NCBI GenBank assembly: GCA_937991945.1
Contig: CALKLO010000034.1
Coordinates: 19,270-83,269 of the forward strand
DNA: 64,000 bases
Source of the DNA: an uncultured Granulosicoccus sp.
Lineage (GTDB): Bacteria > Pseudomonadota > Gammaproteobacteria > Granulosicoccales > Granulosicoccaceae
Direction: 5' to 3'
The stretch's first letter is position 1. Every line of letters begins with the position of its first letter. Positions 58,360 through 64,000 of the stretch are shown one piece after another. A program made the position numbers and the translations under genes. Under the pieces are notes generated by a model. It searched no databases. It saw only the letters and a list, made by a program, of their open reading frames with translations, and had not been told where the DNA came from.

Positions 58360-59604
58360 ATGCGTGACCAATTACTGACATTTAGCCTGTTTTTGAGCAG
58401 CAATGCTCGCTGGTTGGCAGGTGGCGTCCTGCTGACTTTTTTCTCAAGTGTGGGTCAAACTTTCTTCATTGCAAGCTTTGCAGGTGCCATTCGCGCCGAT
58501 TTTGACCTCTCTCATGGCGGTTTTGGACTGGTCTACATGATCGCCACACTGGCCAGTGCCGCAACCTTGGTGGTTATAGGGCGAGTACTTGATACCGTCG
58601 CTATCTACAAAGTCGCAGCTGTATGCATCGTACTGTTGGCTATAGCGGCGTATTTGATGGCTTCTGCACATTCGGTAACCATTCTTTTACTGAGCATCTA
58701 CTTTTTGCGATTGTTCGGCCAAGGAATGATGACTCATACGGCCATGGTTGCCATGGGCAAGTGGTTTGTCGCAGAACGTGGCAGGGCGGTGTCCATTACG
58801 ACGACCGGCCATCAACTTGGCGAAGGTCTCTTGCCGATCGCCTTAGTAGCGCTGCTGGCCGTTACAGACTGGCGTGTCGCTTGGCAACTGGCCTCAGTGA
58901 TTCTCATTTGTGTGGCGTTGCCTTTGAGCTACTTTTGCTTGTCAACACCACGCAGCCCAACTCGGCAAGATTTGGATATTTCTGAAAATGGTCGCCAGTG
59001 GCTGCGAGCTGAAGTGCTGCGAGATGCTCCGTTTTGGGCAGTCTGTACGGGTGTTCTTGCACCATCGTTCATTGGCACATCAGTGTTTTTTCACCAGGTT
59101 CATCTTAGCGAGATTAAACAATGGTCTTTAGAGGTGGTCGCAGCCTCTTTTGCCGTTATGGCAATTACCTCTGTTGTAGTGGGGTTGGCGACTGGGCAGC
59201 TTATTGACAAGTTCTCTGCGCGCAAGCTTTTGCCGTTCTTTCTATTTCCTTTGACGTTGGGTTGCGCTTTACTGTCAATTGCTACAGACGCTTGGACAAT
59301 GGTTGCGTTCATGTTTTTGCTAGGCAGTTCTTACGGGGTATCGGGTGCGGTGTTTGGTGCTATATGGCCGGAAGTCTACGGTACTAGGCATTTGGGAGCG
59401 ATTCGATCTGTCGTATCGGCTGCCATGGTCTTTGCCTCCGCATTAGGCCCAGGGATGACAGGTTGGTTTATCGATAGGGGAGTAGGGTTTGAGGCTCAAC
59501 TGTTGGTAATGAGCGCCTACTGCCTGGTGACCATGATGGTTTTGTATCGAGTTGCCAACACACTGGAAGTACGACTACAAATGCAGTTTGGCAACAGTTC
59601 TTAG
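58360..59604 (+). CDS. MFS transporter
   Basis: About 12 TM segments; FFSSVGQTFF, RLFGQG, WFVAERGRA, GQLIDKF. Confidence 0.9.
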   Translation: MRDQLLTFSLFLSSNARWLAGGVLLTFFSSVGQTFFIASFAGAIRADFDLSHGGFGLVYMIATLASAATLVVIGRVLDTVAIYKVAAVCIVLLAIAAYLMASAHSVTILLLSIYFLRLFGQGMMTHTAMVAMGKWFVAERGRAVSITTTGHQLGEGLLPIALVALLAVTDWRVAWQLASVILICVALPLSYFCLSTPRSPTRQDLDISENGRQWLRAEVLRDAPFWAVCTGVLAPSFIGTSVFFHQVHLSEIKQWSLEVVAASFAVMAITSVVVGLATGQLIDKFSARKLLPFFLFPLTLGCALLSIATDAWTMVAFMFLLGSSYGVSGAVFGAIWPEVYGTRHLGAIRSVVSAAMVFASALGPGMTGWFIDRGVGFEAQLLVMSAYCLVTMMVLYRVANTLEVRLQMQFGNSS

Positions 59605-59607
59605 CGC

Positions 59608-60552
59608 CTAAATAAAACCGTTGGTTGCCAGATACAAATACACCGTTACGCTGGCTATTGAACATAGCGTGGATAAAACCACGGCGCTGGATGCGCGTTC
59701 TTCCCACACCTTATATTGTTGAGCAATAACGAAAACATTCGTTGCAGAAGGCAAGGCTGCTAATAGAACAGCCGAGTGGAGCCAAAGAGTGCTAACTCCG
59801 GGTATGTTGCTTACGAGTACATAAACAAGCAGTGGATGAACAATTAACTTGATTGGAATCAAATAGCCAAGCTCTGCGGGAATGCGTTTGAGTGGCCTAA
59901 TTGCCGCGGTAACGCCCATCGCAAAAAGGGCGCAAGGCGCTGCTGCGTTCGACAGCGACAACAATAATTGATTAAGCGCTGCTGGAAGTGGCTGGTTTAA
60001 CCAAGCGACTCCCATGCCGGCTAGCGTCGCCAATATAAACGGGTGAGTTATTATTTTATGAACAATGCCCGATACGATTTTTAGTACGGACTGGGGTTTC
60101 TTGCTGCTTATAGCCATAAGCGTGGGTGCTAACGTGAAATGCATTGCGTTATCTAGGCAGAATACCAAGGCAACAGGTACGCCGGCTTCTGGTCCAAACG
60201 CAGCAATTGCTAATGGTGGCCCCATGTAACCGATGTTGCCGTAAGCGCCGGCAAAGCCCTGGATGGTCGCTGTTGGTATATCTGTTTTTCGTGCAAGCTT
60301 TGCGATGCAAAAGCACAAAACAAATATTAAAAAGGTGCCAAGGCTTGTTGCGATTAAAAAACGTACGTTTGCGAATTCAGATACCGGTGTATCACTGAGC
60401 AGCCTGAATATAAGCGCTGGTAGCGCTAAGTACACGATGAAGAAATTTAACCAGGCGAGTCCATCCAATGGAATGCGCTTGAATCGGCCTGCTAAATAGC
60501 CGAGAAATACCAGTCCGAATAAAGGGATTACAAGCCCAGCTACTTGTTGCAT
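59608..60552 (-). CDS. AEC (auxin efflux carrier) family transporter
   Basis: LALPALIF, GNIGYMGPPL, HPFILA, NAAAPCALF, ALPSATNVFVIAQQY. Confidence 0.92.
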   Translation of the reverse strand: MQQVAGLVIPLFGLVFLGYLAGRFKRIPLDGLAWLNFFIVYLALPALIFRLLSDTPVSEFANVRFLIATSLGTFLIFVLCFCIAKLARKTDIPTATIQGFAGAYGNIGYMGPPLAIAAFGPEAGVPVALVFCLDNAMHFTLAPTLMAISSKKPQSVLKIVSGIVHKIITHPFILATLAGMGVAWLNQPLPAALNQLLLSLSNAAAPCALFAMGVTAAIRPLKRIPAELGYLIPIKLIVHPLLVYVLVSNIPGVSTLWLHSAVLLAALPSATNVFVIAQQYKVWEERASSAVVLSTLCSIASVTVYLYLATNGFI

Positions 60553-60574
60553 GTTAGATAGTCAAATGAGGCGC

Positions 60575-62005
60575 TTAAATGATCTTGCCAGGATTTAAAA
60601 TACCAGCAGGATCTAGCGTTTGCTTCAACGTTTTCATCAGCTCTACTTCAGCAGGTGTTCTGGAGTAATGCAAATAGGCTTTTTTAGTTAGACCAATACC
60701 GTGTTCGGCGGAGATCGAGCCACCTAAGTCTTGGAGTGGGATGTAAACAATATCGTTGCTGATGTTTTGCCAATTACAACGAGTCTCTTCATCAACAGGG
60801 CTCTCACAAGGTGGGGCAACCAGTACGTGAAGGTTCCCATCAGCTAAATGCCCGTACACGTAGACTATGACTCCCGGCCATTGTTTTTCTAGTGTCGAAA
60901 TGGTGGTCTCGACATAGTGGCCCATGTCAGCAATGGGTAAACTGATGTCATAAACAAATACGGGGTTGTGACTTAGCGCGATGTCGATATGTTCACGTAT
61001 ATGCCATATGTTAGTACGTTCTTTTTCTGACTGAGCAATGACGGCATCTTGGATGAGTCCATTGTTCATCGCATTTTCTAACGCCTGCTGAAATTGATCT
61101 GTGGCGCTATCAGCTTGGTTGCTACGAGTCTCGACAATTGCGTACAGCGGGTAGCTCGCTGGTAAGGGGGCCGTACTTGTGCCTTCAATTTTAGGGTTTG
61201 TATTGAGCTGGTAAAAAGGTTGCCAGATAACTTCAAATGCATCTAGAGAGGAGTTGAGTGATGCACTGATGTCATTGAGTAGGTCGGTAACTTGCTCAAA
61301 TGAGGAGAAAGCCAGCATAGCGGTATCGACGTGCGGTGTTGCAGCTCTTAGCCTTAGTACTGCACGAGTAATGACACCGAGTGTGCCTTCGCTACCGATA
61401 AATAAATGCTTTAAATCGTAGCCGGCATTGTTCTTCATCATTTGGTTCATTGAAGACAACACAGTGCCATCTGCAAGCACGACTTCCAAACCCAGAACTT
61501 GTTCTCGTGTCATACCGTAGCGAAGCACTGAAAGCCCACCTGCATTGGTAGAAATATTCCCACCGATGGTGCAGGAGCCTCTCGCGCCTAGATCAAGCCC
61601 GAATTGAAGATTTGTTTTAGCGGCCGCCTCTTGTATTTTTTGTAAAATAGCGCCAGCTTGCACGACCATTGTGTGGCCTTTTTCGTCCACAGACTCGATT
61701 GCAGTCTGCCTTTCAAGAGACAAAACGATATCGGCATCGGTTGTGTGATTGCCGTCTACCAAGCCTGTTAGGCCTCCATGCGTTACAACGACTTGGGAGG
61801 CTTCGTGACAAAGTTTTAAAACGTCTGAAGTCTGCTGGGTATTTGCGGGTCTGACGAGCGCTTTAGCGATTAGCGGCGAACTGTCCCAAAAGTGAGTGGC
61901 TCGTTGATTGACTTGATCGCCAGTGAGTACATGCGCTTGTCCAACAATTTGGATAAGCGCATCCAGTAGTTTTTCGCTCTCACTTGTCGTGCTGTTAGAG
62001 CTCAC
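60575..62005 (-). CDS. FAD-binding oxidoreductase (D-2-hydroxyglutarate/D-lactate dehydrogenase family)
   Basis: [61 protein letters not shown]; GTGA overlap with the gcdH stop. Confidence 0.9.
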   Translation of the reverse strand: MSSNSTTSESEKLLDALIQIVGQAHVLTGDQVNQRATHFWDSSPLIAKALVRPANTQQTSDVLKLCHEASQVVVTHGGLTGLVDGNHTTDADIVLSLERQTAIESVDEKGHTMVVQAGAILQKIQEAAAKTNLQFGLDLGARGSCTIGGNISTNAGGLSVLRYGMTREQVLGLEVVLADGTVLSSMNQMMKNNAGYDLKHLFIGSEGTLGVITRAVLRLRAATPHVDTAMLAFSSFEQVTDLLNDISASLNSSLDAFEVIWQPFYQLNTNPKIEGTSTAPLPASYPLYAIVETRSNQADSATDQFQQALENAMNNGLIQDAVIAQSEKERTNIWHIREHIDIALSHNPVFVYDISLPIADMGHYVETTISTLEKQWPGVIVYVYGHLADGNLHVLVAPPCESPVDEETRCNWQNISNDIVYIPLQDLGGSISAEHGIGLTKKAYLHYSRTPAEVELMKTLKQTLDPAGILNPGKII

Positions 62006-63237
62006 GAGAAGGCCTGCAACCCCGTTTGGCAACGACCTAAAATAAGTGCATGAACATCGTGGGTGCCTTCATAAGTGTTGACAGCTTCCAAGTTCATAAC
62101 ATGACGTATGACATGATATTCATCTGATACGCCATTGCCTCCTAACATGTCCCGTGCTTGGCGAGCAATGTCTAGTGCTTTGCCTGCATTGTTTCGTTTC
62201 ATCAATGAGATGAGTTCCGCTGAGGCATTGTGTTCGTCCATCAGACGCCCAAGTCTGAGTGAGCCTTGCAACCCTAGAGTGATCTCAGTTTGCATATCCG
62301 CAAGCTTTTTCTGGATCAATTGGTTTGCGGCTAATGGTTTGCCGAATTGTTTTCTATCTAGTGTGTAGGTTCTAGATTGATGCCAGCAAGCTTCAGCGGC
62401 TCCCATTGCCCCCCAGCTTATGCCGTAACGGGCCCGATTAAGACATCCGAAGGGCCCCGCTAAGCCTGATGCATTGGGTAGGATTTTGTCCTCACCGACC
62501 ACTGCATCTTGCAATTGAATCATGCCGGTTATTGATGCTCTGAGAGAAAACTTGCCTTCGATTTTAGGTGTGCTTAAACCAGGATTGTCTCTATCGACTA
62601 GAAACCCTTTGATCTTGCCTTCATGCGCGTCAGATTTTGCCCAGATAACGCAGACATCGGCGATCGGAGAATTGGTGATCCAGTTTTTCGCACCACTAAG
62701 ACTGTAGCCGCCATCGACTTTGGTGGCTCTAGTAATCATGCTTGAAGGGTCTGAGCCGTGGTCTGGTTCAGTCAGACCAAAACATCCGACCCATTCGCCC
62801 GAGGCAAGCTTTGGCAGATAATGTTGTCTTTGCTCCTCTGAGCCGTAGGCGTAAATTGGGTGCATGACTAATGAGGATTGAACTGACATTGCAGAGCGGT
62901 AGCCCGAATCGACACGCTCTACTTCTCGTGCGACTAATCCGTAACTAACATAGGAAGCACCGGCACAACCGTATTTTTCCGGCAGCGTCATTCCAAGTAA
63001 CCCTAGGCTACCGAACTCGGTCATGATGTCTCTATCGAAACGCTCATGGCGATTAGCGTCGATGACTCTGCTCATCAAGCTGCTCTGGCAATAGTCTCTA
63101 GCCGTGTCCCTAATGAGTCGTTCTTCGTCATTAAGTTGCTGATCGAGCAGGGCTATGTCATCCCATACCGGCTGAACAGGTTTTGCACGCGCTGTTTCGG
63201 GCGTCATATGCGTTACCGCCTCGGGGTTAGCTGCCAT
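62002..63237 (-). CDS. gcdH: Glutaryl-CoA dehydrogenase
   Basis: [62 protein letters not shown]. Confidence 0.93.
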   Translation of the reverse strand: MAANPEAVTHMTPETARAKPVQPVWDDIALLDQQLNDEERLIRDTARDYCQSSLMSRVIDANRHERFDRDIMTEFGSLGLLGMTLPEKYGCAGASYVSYGLVAREVERVDSGYRSAMSVQSSLVMHPIYAYGSEEQRQHYLPKLASGEWVGCFGLTEPDHGSDPSSMITRATKVDGGYSLSGAKNWITNSPIADVCVIWAKSDAHEGKIKGFLVDRDNPGLSTPKIEGKFSLRASITGMIQLQDAVVGEDKILPNASGLAGPFGCLNRARYGISWGAMGAAEACWHQSRTYTLDRKQFGKPLAANQLIQKKLADMQTEITLGLQGSLRLGRLMDEHNASAELISLMKRNNAGKALDIARQARDMLGGNGVSDEYHVIRHVMNLEAVNTYEGTHDVHALILGRCQTGLQAFS

Positions 63238-63310
63238 GTCATGTTCCTCAGGTTCGTGTGTCTATTGTAGCGCTAAGGTGCCTCGCATGGGCAGCTAGCA
63301 ACTGGTTGTG

Positions 63311-63326
63311 TGGCCTGTAAGTTGCA
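63311..63326 (+). promoter_or_regulatory. Candidate sigma54 (-24/-12) promoter
   Basis: TGGC-CTGTAAG-TTGCA has the canonical GG-N10-GC spacing and lies 38 nt upstream of ATG 63365. Confidence 0.5.
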
Positions 63327-63364
63327 AATTTGGCAACGACAGAACCCATTTTACGGATCCCACA

Positions 63365-64000
63365 ATGAATTCAGATGTAATCAGCAGAGCAAAGTCTGTA
63401 TCACCGGCCGAATCGGCTGATGCTGCGACACAGTGGCTAAGCTGGTTATCGTTGTTACTCAATGATCGACAATGGTTGTGTTTATATGAATTCGGTCCTG
63501 AACCTGATGTGTTACTCCGGCGTCACGGGTGTCCAGAGCAGATTAAAGCGCCTGAGGTAGCATTGTCATTGGCTCGTAAGGCGAGGGCAAGCCTTACGCC
63601 TGTAGCAATGAAACTAGCAGAGTCGACAGGCGAAAATACGCCAGAAATAACGTTAACTGCATTGCCCTTAGGTGACTCTGCCGATCGTGTTTTACTCATG
63701 CAAGGTTCAGTGCAAAGCCTGGAGCAACAAGCGGGTATGTTTCGGCTTTGCCGCTGGGCGGCTCAAAGGCTTGATACGCCAAGTGCTGCAAATGTTGGGC
63801 AGGAAGATTCAACACATCAAGGCTTGGACTCGTTGTCTTCTGCCGTATTAAAAGCATCTTTCGAGGATTCAACCTCTGAAGCGATAGCGCTTTCAATCGT
63901 CAACACCGTAAAGCGCCTTTGCGGCTGTTCAAGGGTAACACTGGCTACGCTTGAGGCTGGTGCAATGGTTCAATCGCTGTCGATCATAGCCTTGTCAGAT
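63365..64000 (+). CDS. 3'-truncated ORF; probable GAF-domain/HlyD-type secretion adaptor N-terminus
   Basis: Manually translated 212 codons open to the edge (MNSDVISRAK...ALSIVNTVKRLCGCSRVTLA...IIALSD); the last part resembles the start of GAF domains in HlyD-family adaptors; absent from the ORF track. Confidence 0.5.
   Translation, partial: MNSDVISRAKSVSPAESADAATQWLSWLSLLLNDRQWLCLYEFGPEPDVLLRRHGCPEQIKAPEVALSLARKARASLTPVAMKLAESTGENTPEITLTALPLGDSADRVLLMQGSVQSLEQQAGMFRLCRWAAQRLDTPSAANVGQEDSTHQGLDSLSSAVLKASFEDSTSEAIALSIVNTVKRLCGCSRVTLATLEAGAMVQSLSIIALSD

Overview
Chromosomal window from a gammaproteobacterium. The gene order resembles the conserved hflD-mnmA...clpS-clpA-infA...crcB-serS block. 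(1) 1-4793 is the right end of a mobile element integrated at the 3' end of tRNA-Asn(GTT). It carries the tail of an S49 (phage head-maturation-type) peptidase, a stand-alone 593-aa SIR2-domain protein, a ribbon-helix-helix (RHH) repressor with a divergent promoter and palindromic operators, and several orphan genes. A degenerate second copy of the RHH 3' end sits directly in front of the SIR2 gene. (2) Core genes uvrB, acnB, hflD, mnmA and a LysR regulator. (3) 12.8-28.4 kb is a Wzx/Wzy exopolysaccharide locus with a short OPX protein plus a separate beta-barrel, a predicted tyrosine pseudokinase, two CE4 deacetylases and a membrane-anchored J-domain protein. (4) clpS, clpA, infA, crcB and serS. 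(5) A FadD + Liv-type ABC transporter + PaaK-like + thioesterase + acetoacetate-CoA ligase cluster running into ccmA-H. (6) An isolated BzdR/BoxR-type XRE domain, pxpBCA with a class II aldolase, an orphan coiled-coil protein, an MFS transporter, a gcdH/FAD-oxidoreductase/AEC operon, and a GAF/HlyD-like gene cut by the right edge. All family calls are by-eye motif recognition; no searches were run.
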